Below are positions 1 to 9,562 of a stretch of 35,795 nt of DNA, piece after piece. The stretch lies in sequence record SRR20825019_692; one strand, written 5' to 3'. The translations under genes were made by a program, and so were the position numbers. Position 1 is the first letter of the stretch. Every line of letters starts with the position of its first letter. The notes under the pieces are model-generated. The model made no database searches and was not told the DNA's origin. It saw only the letters and a program-made list of their open reading frames with translations.

Positions 1-41
1 TGTAGTATTGAATGCACCCTCAAACCTGATGCTCAAAAGCC

Positions 42-920
42 TCACAAAGTGCTTTCAGTTAGCAACTCGTCAGCCATTACCCACCAGCCGGGATGCTTGT
101 TTTTAATCGCCTGAGCCACATGTTCTGCTACCCCTTTGGTCTCAAAAAGTGCAAAACAAGTGGCACCACTGCCTGACATGCGTGCCAGTTGCACGCCCTC
201 TAAACCCTTCAATGCCTGCAATGCTTCATCAACTTCAGCACATGCTGAAACCGCGGCCCGCTCAAGGGAATTCTGGCTATGCTCCGTAAGCGCTAAAACG
301 CTCGTCCACGGCTCCATACAGGCAAGTGGAGCATCAAAGTGTGAGCCTGCCTCCTTAAACGCTTTAAACACTGCAGGTGTCGACAGCATCACGCCGGGGT
401 TCACCAATACAATACCGGCCTGCCACGACAGCGTCAGGGGGGTTAGTTTCTCCCCTACCCCTTCAACAAACTGCGGCGTATCATAAAGGCAAGCTGGTAC
501 ATCGGCCCCAAGGCCGTATGCGATAGCCTCAAGCTCCGTGAACGGGAGGCCAAGGCGCCAGAGCTCATTAAGGCCACGCAGCGTGGCAGCAGCGTCCGCA
601 GACCCACCACCAATACCTGCAGCAATCGGCAGGTTCTTCTTCAGGGTAATTTCGGCTCCTGCACCTATACCCGCAGCTTGCGCCAGCGCGAGCGCCGCCT
701 TGAAGACCAGATTGTCGCGCGCATTGCCGGTAAACTTGCTTGAAAAGGGACCCGTGATTTCAAGGGAAAGCTCAGGTGCGACCTTGAGGGTTATCTCATC
801 CCCCTGTCGCGTGAAGGCAAACAGGCTTTCCAGTAGATGATAGCCGTCGTCCCGCCTGCCTGTGATGTGCAGAAACAGGTTGACCTTCGCCGGTGCTATA
901 ACCGTGATGCTGTCGACCAT
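42..920 (-). CDS. ispE: 4-diphosphocytidyl-2-C-methyl-D-erythritol kinase
   Basis: N-terminal APAKVNLFLHITGRRDDGYHLLESL, GHMP loop PIAAGIGGGSADAA, GADVP and MSGSGATCF. Confidence 0.97.
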   Translation of the reverse strand: MVDSITVIAPAKVNLFLHITGRRDDGYHLLESLFAFTRQGDEITLKVAPELSLEITGPFSSKFTGNARDNLVFKAALALAQAAGIGAGAEITLKKNLPIAAGIGGGSADAAATLRGLNELWRLGLPFTELEAIAYGLGADVPACLYDTPQFVEGVGEKLTPLTLSWQAGIVLVNPGVMLSTPAVFKAFKEAGSHFDAPLACMEPWTSVLALTEHSQNSLERAAVSACAEVDEALQALKGLEGVQLARMSGSGATCFALFETKGVAEHVAQAIKNKHPGWWVMADELLTESTL

Positions 921-964
921 AGATATGCTCCGGCTCCGTATTGCCCACCCCAGACAGGATAGCT

Positions 965-2689
965 TTACGAAAGTTCTGGCAGGCCCGCAGCCAGTTTTTG
1001 CAGAATTTCGGTTTTCTCGGTTTCCGTGGGCTCGCTATCAAGCGCATGCCGCCACTGGAAACGGGCTTCAATCTTACGTCCAACCCGCCAGTAGGCATCG
1101 CCCAAATGATGGTTGATGGTCGGGTCGGTGGGCTCCAGCCTCACAGCCTGTTCCAGCAAATCAACAGCCTGGCTAAAGTCACCTGTCAGGTAGTGCACCC
1201 AACCAAAGCTATCCATAATGAAGCCATCGTTTGGTGTCTGCTCGATCGCTTTCTCGATCAGTCCCTTGGCTTCATCAACATTCTTGCCACGATCTATCCA
1301 GCTGTATCCCAGATAATTCAGCACACTAGGTTCGTTGGGCTTGAGACGTAGCGCAGATACAAGGTCAGCTTCCGCCTTGCCCCAGTCACCAAGCTGTTCA
1401 AAACAAACGCCGCGCGCGAAAAAGACAAACCAGTCAGACGACCGAGGCTGTTTCAATTGGTCAATGGCCTGTCCATAATAGACAATCGCTTCTGTATAAT
1501 CTTTCCGCTCACGCAGGATATCGCCCATAGTAACTAGAAGGGTCTGGTCATTGGGATCCTCACGAAGGCCGCGCCGCACCAAGTCCTCCGCCGCCCCCGT
1601 CTCGCCCGCAGACCTCAGGGCGCCAATATGCTTGATGTGGGCAAGCTGCCGCAGCGGGCTGATATCCGGCACGGATGCATAGGCGCTGGCCGCTGCGGCT
1701 GGTATTTCCAACCGTTCAAGCAGGTCGCCAAGCAGAAGATAGATCTCCGCCACCTCTGGCATCAGGTAGGATGCGATGCGCATATATACGACTGCAGCCT
1801 GCGACGACTGGCCGTGAGCGAACTCACTACCCAGACTATAAAACATGGCACCGGCAGCACCGTTAGGTGTGGCCGCGTCCTGGCTGGGCGGATATCCGGC
1901 AGACATCCGCATACTTTCCCGCAGCAGGAAGGTATTGTTGTTGAAACGCTTGGTTTGTTCGCCCAGAAAGTCACGGGCTCCCACTGTATCCCCTTGCTGG
2001 AACAACATATGAGCGTAAGCCACCATCGGCTGATACGATGAAGGTTTCTCGGCGTTCGCAAGCGCAAGGTAGGCCGTTGTAGCAGCCTCATAATGCTGAA
2101 GGTGATCAAGGATGTAGGCTTTGTGCTCTTCCCCGATCGACTTAAGGCGCGGGTCACTCAGAAGCGGCGCAAGGGCAGCCTCCGCCCCAGGCAGGTCCTG
2201 CTCTGCCGCATGGCTCCATGCCTCCAGTATCGGTGATACTAGGAAACCAAAGCCTGTGTCACTAGTAGCGCTTAGCCTGTTTCGAACCTCGGGCCAATCC
2301 TGTCGGTGATACGCTTCCAGCACATACATGATGCGAACGAGGTCGTCGTTTGAGCCGCCCTCGCGTTCCTGCAGGTTGACAGCAAGCTTACCCGCGTCTT
2401 CCATTCGCCCTGCATAAAGGAGCTGGAAGAATGCGCGGTCTGCCACAAATCGGCTATCCGGGTCAGAGCTAAGTGCTGAGAGATAATACCGGGCCGCTTC
2501 GGCATATTCTTCATTGTGCTGGGCAAGCGTCGCCGCGACAAAGGGGCCATAAAAGCTGGCCCCGTCGTCCCGAGCTTCAAATTCGCTGTGCAATGAACCG
2601 CTTACAGGAGCGGTCATCTGGCGTTTTGGCGCTTCAGTGGTACATGCCACAAGCGCCAAAGCCAGAAAGATGGTGGTAATAGGCTTCAT
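965..2689 (-). CDS. Tetratricopeptide-repeat protein, predicted lipoprotein
   Basis: Start moved to MKPITTIFLALALVAC (lipobox LVAC); multiple TPRs including VLNYLGYSW, IMDSFGWVHY and HLGDAYWRVGR; lies directly upstream of ispE. Confidence 0.9.
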   Translation of the reverse strand: MKPITTIFLALALVACTTEAPKRQMTAPVSGSLHSEFEARDDGASFYGPFVAATLAQHNEEYAEAARYYLSALSSDPDSRFVADRAFFQLLYAGRMEDAGKLAVNLQEREGGSNDDLVRIMYVLEAYHRQDWPEVRNRLSATSDTGFGFLVSPILEAWSHAAEQDLPGAEAALAPLLSDPRLKSIGEEHKAYILDHLQHYEAATTAYLALANAEKPSSYQPMVAYAHMLFQQGDTVGARDFLGEQTKRFNNNTFLLRESMRMSAGYPPSQDAATPNGAAGAMFYSLGSEFAHGQSSQAAVVYMRIASYLMPEVAEIYLLLGDLLERLEIPAAAASAYASVPDISPLRQLAHIKHIGALRSAGETGAAEDLVRRGLREDPNDQTLLVTMGDILRERKDYTEAIVYYGQAIDQLKQPRSSDWFVFFARGVCFEQLGDWGKAEADLVSALRLKPNEPSVLNYLGYSWIDRGKNVDEAKGLIEKAIEQTPNDGFIMDSFGWVHYLTGDFSQAVDLLEQAVRLEPTDPTINHHLGDAYWRVGRKIEARFQWRHALDSEPTETEKTEILQKLAAGLPELS

Positions 2690-2709
2690 TTCTGCCCTTT
2701 GTGAACTCG

Positions 2710-4368
2710 CTACATATTCGGGTAGTTGGGGCCTCCACCGCCCTCGGGCACTACCCAATTGATATTTTGGGTGATGTCCTTGATATCACAAGTTTTGCAG
2801 TGAACACAATTTTGCGCATTGATCTGCAGCTTTTTGTCTCCGCTGTCACCTTCGATAAATTCGTAAACACCAGCCGGACAATAGCGTTGTTCGGGCCCAG
2901 CATAGTCGTTCAGGTTAATCTCAACCGGTACACTGTCATCCTTGAGGGTGAGATGAATAGGTTGGTCTTCCTCGTGGTTGGTATTTGAGAGGAAAACGCT
3001 TGAGAGCTTGTCAAAAGTGATAACACCGTCTGGCTTCGGATAATCGATCGGCTTGGCGTCTGCTGCCTTTTTGGTCACCTCGTTATCCTTATGGCCGTGC
3101 TTGAATGTCCACGGCACAAGGAAACCAAGACCAAGGCTGTTGAGCCACATATCGATACCGGAATATAGCGTGCCCAAGGTTACGCCATATTTGGAAAGCG
3201 CAGGGCGCGTGTTCCGCACGCTGTGCAGGTCTTTGTATATCCAGCTGGATTTAAACGCGGCTTCGTAGGCTGTTAGCTCAACATCACCTTCGGAACCGCT
3301 TGCCACTGCGTCAAACGCCGCTTCGGCTGCCAGCATGCCTGACTTCATCGCATTGTGACTGCCTTTGATGCGCGGCACGTTCACAAAACCCGCCGCACAA
3401 CCGATCAGGGCCCCGCCGGGGAAGCTGAGTTTTGGCACAGACTGAAGCCCGCCCTCATTGATAGCCCGCGCGCCATAAGCAACACGACGACCACCTTCCA
3501 GAATCTCACGAACCGCAGGGTGATTTTTAAACCGCTGCATCTCGTCAAACGGTGAGAGGTAAGGGTTTTTATAGTCAAGCGTGACAACAAAACCGATAGC
3601 AACCTGGTTATTTTCCTGATGATAGATGAACCCGCCACCCGCGTCTTCTGTCAGCGGCCAGCCCTGGCTATGGATCACACAACCCGGCTTGTGTTTCGCA
3701 GGGTCAATATCCCACAGTTCCTTGATACCGATGCCGTAGGTCTGATGGTCGCTATCTGCGCGCAGGTCAAACTTGCTTTCAAGCTGCTTGGTGAGCGAGC
3801 CACGGCAGCCTTCAGCGAACAAGGTGTATTTCGCGTGAAGTTCCATGCCGGGTTCATATGAACCCTTGTGGCTACCGTCACGCGCGACACCCATGTCACC
3901 GGTTGCAACACCTTTTACGCGGCCATCTTCATGATAAAGGACCTCTGCCCCCGCGAAGCCGGGGTAAATTTCAACGCCCATGGCTTCCGCTTGCTCCCCA
4001 AGCCAGCGCGTGAGATTGCCCAGCGACAGCGTATACATGCCTTTGTTGGACAATAGCGGCGGCAGGAGAAAGTGCGGAAATTCGGTTTTCCCCGTCTCGG
4101 ACAAAATCCAATGATGGTTCTCTGTCACAGGGGTGTTGAGCGGCGCGCCCTTTTCTTTCCAGTCCGGGATCAGTTCATTGAGCGCAATGGGGTCAACCAC
4201 CGCTCCGGAAAGGATGTGAGCACCGACCTCCGAGCCTTTCTCGATGACGCAAACCATCAGCTCTTGCTCTTTTTCCTGTGCGAGTTGCATCAGGCGGATT
4301 GCAGCGGAAAGCCCAGCCGGGCCACCACCAACGATTACAACATCAAATTCCATGGATTCGCGTTCCAT
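2710..4368 (-). CDS. etfD: Electron transfer flavoprotein-ubiquinone oxidoreductase (ETF-QO)
   Basis: [23 protein letters not shown] motif; C-terminal 4Fe-4S cysteines CPAGVY...[18 protein letters not shown] terminus; AAGGAG RBS before ATG at 4368. Confidence 0.96.
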   Translation of the reverse strand: MERESMEFDVVIVGGGPAGLSAAIRLMQLAQEKEQELMVCVIEKGSEVGAHILSGAVVDPIALNELIPDWKEKGAPLNTPVTENHHWILSETGKTEFPHFLLPPLLSNKGMYTLSLGNLTRWLGEQAEAMGVEIYPGFAGAEVLYHEDGRVKGVATGDMGVARDGSHKGSYEPGMELHAKYTLFAEGCRGSLTKQLESKFDLRADSDHQTYGIGIKELWDIDPAKHKPGCVIHSQGWPLTEDAGGGFIYHQENNQVAIGFVVTLDYKNPYLSPFDEMQRFKNHPAVREILEGGRRVAYGARAINEGGLQSVPKLSFPGGALIGCAAGFVNVPRIKGSHNAMKSGMLAAEAAFDAVASGSEGDVELTAYEAAFKSSWIYKDLHSVRNTRPALSKYGVTLGTLYSGIDMWLNSLGLGFLVPWTFKHGHKDNEVTKKAADAKPIDYPKPDGVITFDKLSSVFLSNTNHEEDQPIHLTLKDDSVPVEINLNDYAGPEQRYCPAGVYEFIEGDSGDKKLQINAQNCVHCKTCDIKDITQNINWVVPEGGGGPNYPNM

Positions 4369-4393
4369 GCGCCGCTCCTTTAAACTTCCTGAG

Positions 4394-4444
4394 TTCAACC
4401 TCATGCCACGGGTAGGCCGTCCCGTTTAGGCAGCATGGGTCGAA
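4394..4444 (-). other. Imperfect stem-loop in the predicted etfD 5' leader
   Basis: Minus-strand pairings UUCGACC/GGUUGAA, CAUGCU/GGCAUG and ACGGG/CCCGU, found by eye. Confidence 0.4.
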
Positions 4445-4486
4445 AACTGGGCCACTGACAGTAGATTTCAAGTGTTTATGCCTGTG

Positions 4487-4504
4487 CTTAACGTAAACGT
4501 CAAA
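4487..4504. promoter_or_regulatory. Candidate LiuR (MerR-family) operator overlapping the etfD -35 element
   Basis: CTTAACGTAAACGTCAAA resembles the LiuR palindrome TTTACGTwwACGTAAA; the minus strand reads TTGACG-N17-CATAAA toward etfD. Confidence 0.65.
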
Positions 4505-4708
4505 CGCTTGCATCTGTGGCAAGGGGTACTGCGACGCTCTCTTTCACTTCAAGACAGGGCCGGACGCTACGTCAATCTGCTCTGTCAACTAGCTAAAATG
4601 CACGCCAAAAATTCAATGCAATTTTAAGGGATGGCCCTGTATAGTGATCAACAATATAGTGGCGAAGCGCCAACTGATTCACTTTTAACCTTAAGCACCA
4701 GGCTCTTC

Positions 4709-5587
4709 ATGACCACCAATATTTTGGAAAATAGCGACCCTGCCACACTGCTGGCCTGGCATGTCGCCATGGGAGCCGACGAAGCCATAAAGGGCGAGAC
4801 GGTTGACCGCTTTAAAAGTGTGCCCGTTCAGACCTCCGAGCAAGCCCCTGATCAGGCTTCAGCAGCGGCGCCACAGCAGCGCCCCACAGTCGCCGCACAT
4901 TCCAGCACACCTGCGCCACAGGCTGGCCACACTGGGGCGGGGCCTCGCAAGGTCGAAGCCCGGCCGGTTCAAGCCGTTATTGGCGCCGGCCAAGCCGCTG
5001 CAGAGAACGCTGCAGCAGCCTGTAACAGCCTTGATGAGCTTGAAGCCGCGTTGAAAGCATTTGACGGCGGCCTCCTCAAGCGGTCAGCTAAAAACACTGT
5101 GTTTGCAGACGGCACGCGCGGCGCACCGATGATGATTGTTGGCGAAGCCCCCGGCGCTGAAGAGGACCGCATTGGCAAACCTTTTGTTGGTGCGTCCGGC
5201 CAGCTACTTGACCGCATGTTGGCGGCGGCTGGCATGAGCCGCGATAAAAATGTCTATATTTCCAACGTTGTACCATGGCGGCCGCTAGGAAACCGCACAC
5301 CTGACCAAGCGGTTATTACCATGTGCCTGCCGTTCATTAAGCGGCATATCGAGCTCGCAGAGCCCAAGTTTGTTTTGATGCTTGGTGGTGTGTCTGCGAA
5401 AGCGCTTTTGAATACAGAAGACGGTATCACCCGTCTGCGGGGCCGCATGAAAGAGCTTGACCTTGGCGGTCGGAAAATTGCCGCAATGCCTGCGTATCAC
5501 CCCGCTTATCTCTTGCGCCAGCCCCACTTGAAGAGCTTTGCCTGGCGTGACCTGCTCGCTGTTAAGAGGACACTCGCGTCGTTATGA
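4709..5587 (+). CDS. Uracil-DNA glycosylase, family 4 (UDGa-like)
   Basis: Motif A GEAPG..ED..G.PFVG.SG.LL, RP.GNRTP, motif B YHPAYLLR; low-complexity N-terminal linker; start uncertain (4631 or 4709). Confidence 0.92.
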   Translation: MTTNILENSDPATLLAWHVAMGADEAIKGETVDRFKSVPVQTSEQAPDQASAAAPQQRPTVAAHSSTPAPQAGHTGAGPRKVEARPVQAVIGAGQAAAENAAAACNSLDELEAALKAFDGGLLKRSAKNTVFADGTRGAPMMIVGEAPGAEEDRIGKPFVGASGQLLDRMLAAAGMSRDKNVYISNVVPWRPLGNRTPDQAVITMCLPFIKRHIELAEPKFVLMLGGVSAKALLNTEDGITRLRGRMKELDLGGRKIAAMPAYHPAYLLRQPHLKSFAWRDLLAVKRTLASL

Positions 5588-7371
5588 GTTTTAAAGCCGT
5601 TTTTCTGACATTCCTTCTACTGCTCGGCTGCATGGCCCCGCGCCTTTACGCAGCACCAGCAGAAATTCCTACAGTTCTTGGTGAGGAAGATATCAAACGG
5701 TACCGCCGTATTTTTGAGCTGCAGGAACAAGCCAAGTGGAATCAAGCAGATAAAATGATGAAGCGGGTTGAGAACGATGTGCTGATGGGGCATGTCTGGT
5801 TCCAGCGCTACATGCATCCAACGGGCTACCGCAGCAAATACAGTGAGCTTGCAGGCTGGCTGAAAAGCTATGCCGATCACCCAAACGCCTGGCGCGTATA
5901 CAGCCTTGCTCGCCGCAGGCAGGGCAAAGCGCACGCACCGCGCCGCCCGGAGGATACGCGCTATCCCGGCGTTACAGGGCAATCCGCGGACCCGAAACCG
6001 CCTCTACCCAGCCGTACACGCGATGAGCGCGGTTCTGTCACAACCTTTATGGCAAACGTGCGCCGCTATGTGCGCAATGGTGACCCTGACCGCGCTGAAA
6101 AACGCTACTGGGCAATGGTCGCCCGCGACCTTCTGGTGCCGCACGAAGAAGCTGAAGCTCTAGAACGCATCGCTGCCAGTTACTATTATAAGTCAAATAA
6201 TTTCAAAGCCCGTGTTCTGGCCACACGCGCAGCCGATCTCGCCCGCGAAATTGTGCCGGAGAGCGACTGGATCGCAGGCCTTGCCAGCTGGCGCGACGGT
6301 GATTTCAAAACTGCCTACACGCATTTTCAGCATGTCGCCAACTCAGAGCGTGCCGGTAGCTGGCTGCTCTCAGGGGGGCAGTTCTGGGCTGGCCGGGCCG
6401 CGTACCGCCTTGGAGACCCTGTCGCAGGCATCAACCACCTTCTGGCGGCAAGTACGCAGGTCGAAACCTTCTATGGCCTTATTGCCAGCCGCCAACTCGG
6501 CATCCGCCCGGATATTGACTGGTCAGTACCGGAACTTAACCAGAACGCAGTTGATAGCTTGATGGAGCATATCGCCACCAAACGGGCCATAGCGCTCACG
6601 GAGGTGGGTCGAGATGATATCGCCGATGAGGAGCTCCGCCTGTTGTGGGGCCGTGAAGGGACCACTGTACAGGAAGACCTGCTCGCCCTTGGTGCAGCCC
6701 TTAATCTCCCGAATATCCAGATCCGGCTCGGCCGGGCTGGCGGCACAGGTAAACCAGCATCAACCGCGGTGCGTTACCCGCTACCTGACTGGGCACCCGC
6801 AGGTGGTTTTTCGGTCGACCGTGCCCTTATCTTTGCCATGGTGCGCAAGGAAAGCGACTTTCGCATTCGTGCTAAAAGCCGCGTTGGTGCCGGTGGCCTG
6901 ATGCAGGTAATGCCTGCAACAGCAAGCTACATCAGCAAGGACCGCAAGCTTCTGCGCCGCAACAAAGGCCGCCTGTTTGAGCCTGAATTTAACATGGCGC
7001 TTGGCCAGCAATATATCGAATATCTGCTGGATATGGAGTATGTGGAAGGCAACCTCTTTATGGCGCTTGCCGCCTATAACGGCGGGCCGGGCAGCCTGAT
7101 GGGCTGGCGCAACGAGGTGATATACGACGAAGACCCGCTACTTTTCATCGAGTCCATCGGCTTTTACGAAACACGAAATTATATTGAGCGTGTAATGGCC
7201 AACTTGTGGCTTTACCGCATGCGCCTTGGGCAAGACACGCCAAGCCTTGATGCTATTGCATCAGGCGCATGGCCAGCGCTTGAGCTACTTGATACGGAAC
7301 AAACTGCCATTGCGCACCAACGCGCCCTTACCCGAACGACGACGAGGACAACAATCAGTGCCGATGATTGA
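5584..7371 (+). CDS. Soluble lytic murein transglycosylase (Slt70-like)
   Basis: Signal peptide; catalytic RKES, GLMQVMP, AAYNGG and ETRNYIERV motifs; ATGA overlap with the UDG stop. Confidence 0.92.
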   Translation: MSFKAVFLTFLLLLGCMAPRLYAAPAEIPTVLGEEDIKRYRRIFELQEQAKWNQADKMMKRVENDVLMGHVWFQRYMHPTGYRSKYSELAGWLKSYADHPNAWRVYSLARRRQGKAHAPRRPEDTRYPGVTGQSADPKPPLPSRTRDERGSVTTFMANVRRYVRNGDPDRAEKRYWAMVARDLLVPHEEAEALERIAASYYYKSNNFKARVLATRAADLAREIVPESDWIAGLASWRDGDFKTAYTHFQHVANSERAGSWLLSGGQFWAGRAAYRLGDPVAGINHLLAASTQVETFYGLIASRQLGIRPDIDWSVPELNQNAVDSLMEHIATKRAIALTEVGRDDIADEELRLLWGREGTTVQEDLLALGAALNLPNIQIRLGRAGGTGKPASTAVRYPLPDWAPAGGFSVDRALIFAMVRKESDFRIRAKSRVGAGGLMQVMPATASYISKDRKLLRRNKGRLFEPEFNMALGQQYIEYLLDMEYVEGNLFMALAAYNGGPGSLMGWRNEVIYDEDPLLFIESIGFYETRNYIERVMANLWLYRMRLGQDTPSLDAIASGAWPALELLDTEQTAIAHQRALTRTTTRTTISADD

Positions 7372-7888
7372 CGAAAACCGCCCTTTCATCCCAGCCAACA
7401 TTGCTGTGATGACAGTATCAGATACTCGAACGTTCGAGGACGACAGATCCGGCGACACTTTGGTGGCACGTATTGAAGCTGTAGGCCATAAACTGGCCGA
7501 CCGGGTGATCGTACGCGACGAGTTTGATGCGATCACGTCTCAACTGTACACATGGATGGATGACAAAGGGGTCGACGTAATCATCTCGACTGGCGGCACA
7601 GGCATAACGGGCCGCGATATTACGCCTGAATGTTTTGAAGCGCTCTATACCAAGACAATTCCCGGGTTTGGAGAGCTGTTTCGCATGCTTTCCTACGAGA
7701 CCATTGGCACCAGCACCATCCAAAGCCGCGCCACAGGCGGCATTGCTGGCACTACGCTGATGTTTGCCCTGCCCGGCTCAACCGGTGCGGTAAAGGACGG
7801 CTGGGACAAAATCCTGAGCACACAACTCGACAACCGCTACCGTCCCTGCAACTTCATTGAATTGATGCCACGGTTCGGTGAGAAGTAA
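7358..7888 (+). CDS. moaB: Molybdenum cofactor biosynthesis protein B
   Basis: IAVMTVSDTR, DRSG, TGGTGITGRDITPE, IQSRA, LPGS; GTG start 9 nt after GAGGA (alternative ATG at 7364). Confidence 0.93.
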   Translation: MPMIDENRPFIPANIAVMTVSDTRTFEDDRSGDTLVARIEAVGHKLADRVIVRDEFDAITSQLYTWMDDKGVDVIISTGGTGITGRDITPECFEALYTKTIPGFGELFRMLSYETIGTSTIQSRATGGIAGTTLMFALPGSTGAVKDGWDKILSTQLDNRYRPCNFIELMPRFGEK

Positions 7889-8007
7889 CTACGCCTGACA
7901 CACTATCACCTTCCTGCGAGACAGTTGTCAGAAACCAACATTTCCCCTTCCCTCCAGATGGCTCGTCGCCTAGGCTGGCGCCACACAAAAAACTCTGGGG
8001 AGAGGAC

Positions 8008-9516
8008 GTGTATCAGTTCAAGCGTAATTTGGTGGCAGCGCTCAGCGTGCTGACCCTTAGTGGGCCGTTATTGGCCGAAGATAGTGACTTGGCGCGCAGC
8101 GGTTTTGTGCAAACGGTGGCGGGTGCCATTCGTGAGCTTGACGCCTTTGTTTTTGCGCAGGTCGACATTCTGGGAATTCAAGTAGCATGGATCGTCGCCT
8201 TTCTGGCGCTACCCATGATTTTGCTTACCGTCTATTTTGGTTTCATCAATTTAACGAGCTTCAAACGGGCGTGGCACATCGTACGCGGTGACTTCCATGA
8301 CGACAGAGCCGCCGGTGAGGTCACCCAGTTCCAGGCCCTTTCCACGGCCCTATCGGGCACCGTGGGGCTTGGGAATATTGCTGGCGTTGCCGTTGCTATT
8401 AGCACGGGTGGCCCCGGCGCGACCTTCTGGATGATCCTGATCGGCTTTTGCGCCATGTCGCTCAAGTTTGCGGAATGCACCCTTGGTGTAAAATACCGGG
8501 ATGTCCGCGAAGACGGGACCGTTGCGGGCGGACCAATGTATTATTTGGAACGCGGCCTGAAGGCGCGTGGCTGGGGCAAAATAGGAAAAACCCTTGCATG
8601 GGCCTATGCCATTTTCGCGCTGCCAACACTGCTGCAGGTAGCACAGGTTAACCAGTCATTTGAGGCTGTCGCCGCCGTTACAGGCCATGACAGTGAAACA
8701 TCAAAGTGGATATTTGGTGTGCTGATGGCCCTTCTGACCGCCATCGTCATCATCGGGGGCATCAAGTCAATCGCCAGCGTAACGTCGCGTCTCGTGCCCG
8801 CCATGGCCATTATCTATATCACCGGTGCTCTAGTGATCATTGGTAGTCATATCAGTGAGGTACCAGCTGCTTTCGTCACCATCTTCCAGTCCGCCTTTAG
8901 CCTTGAAGCCGGTTTGGGCGGTTTGATTGGTACGATGATCATTGCAATGCAACGCGCCGTTTATTCAACAGAAGCAGGGCTTGGTTCCGCTACCATGGCG
9001 CACGCCGCAGCCAAAACAAAAGAGCCTGTATCAGAAGGCATGGTCGCGTTGATGGAACCCTTTGTTGACACGGTTGTGGTATCAACAATGACGGCGCTCG
9101 TGATCGTGATAACAGGGGTTTACCTGGATCACTCAGGCGCTGCGGGGATTTCCCTCACATCCGCAGCGTTCGGCAGTGTTATCAGTTGGTTCCCATGGGT
9201 TCTTGCCGTCGCGGCATTCCTGTTTGGATATTCCACCATTATCAGTTGGGGTTATTATTCGAGCAAGGTGTGGGAGTTCATATTCGGCGGCAGCAAAAAT
9301 TCGATGGACCGGTTCAAGGCTATCTTTTGCCTCATGCTTATTCCTGGCGCGGTCTTCTCGGTCTCAGAAGTTTACATGTTGATGGACAGTATGTTCTTCC
9401 TGATGGCGGTGCCCAACGTGATCGGCATTTACCTGTTGGCGCCGGAACTGAAACGCGACTTGAAGAGCTACCTCACACGCCTGAAATCAGGTGAAATCAA
9501 GGCTTTGGGGGACTAG
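8008..9516 (+). CDS. Alanine/glycine:cation symporter (AGCS family)
   Basis: FQALSTALSGTVGLGNIAGVAVAI..GGPGATFWM, GGPMYY, STEAGLGS and EPFVDT motifs; multiple TM segments; GTG start after GGAGAGG. Confidence 0.95.
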   Translation: MYQFKRNLVAALSVLTLSGPLLAEDSDLARSGFVQTVAGAIRELDAFVFAQVDILGIQVAWIVAFLALPMILLTVYFGFINLTSFKRAWHIVRGDFHDDRAAGEVTQFQALSTALSGTVGLGNIAGVAVAISTGGPGATFWMILIGFCAMSLKFAECTLGVKYRDVREDGTVAGGPMYYLERGLKARGWGKIGKTLAWAYAIFALPTLLQVAQVNQSFEAVAAVTGHDSETSKWIFGVLMALLTAIVIIGGIKSIASVTSRLVPAMAIIYITGALVIIGSHISEVPAAFVTIFQSAFSLEAGLGGLIGTMIIAMQRAVYSTEAGLGSATMAHAAAKTKEPVSEGMVALMEPFVDTVVVSTMTALVIVITGVYLDHSGAAGISLTSAAFGSVISWFPWVLAVAAFLFGYSTIISWGYYSSKVWEFIFGGSKNSMDRFKAIFCLMLIPGAVFSVSEVYMLMDSMFFLMAVPNVIGIYLLAPELKRDLKSYLTRLKSGEIKALGD

Positions 9517-9562
9517 AGTACACAGAGAATTTGTGCGTGATACGCACGTTGAGGAGATTTAG

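Noticed and set aside
4674-4694. GATTC plus TTAACC-TTAA upstream of UDG as a CtrA/CcrM site
   Set aside because: It does not fit TTAA-N7-TTAA; half-sites alone are too common to call.
7889-8007. Possible glycine riboswitch upstream of the AGCS symporter (ACTCTGGGGAGAG resembles the tandem-aptamer linker)
   Set aside because: The core CCGAAG and CTCTCAGG elements are missing, and the GGAGAG is simply the RBS next to the GTG start.
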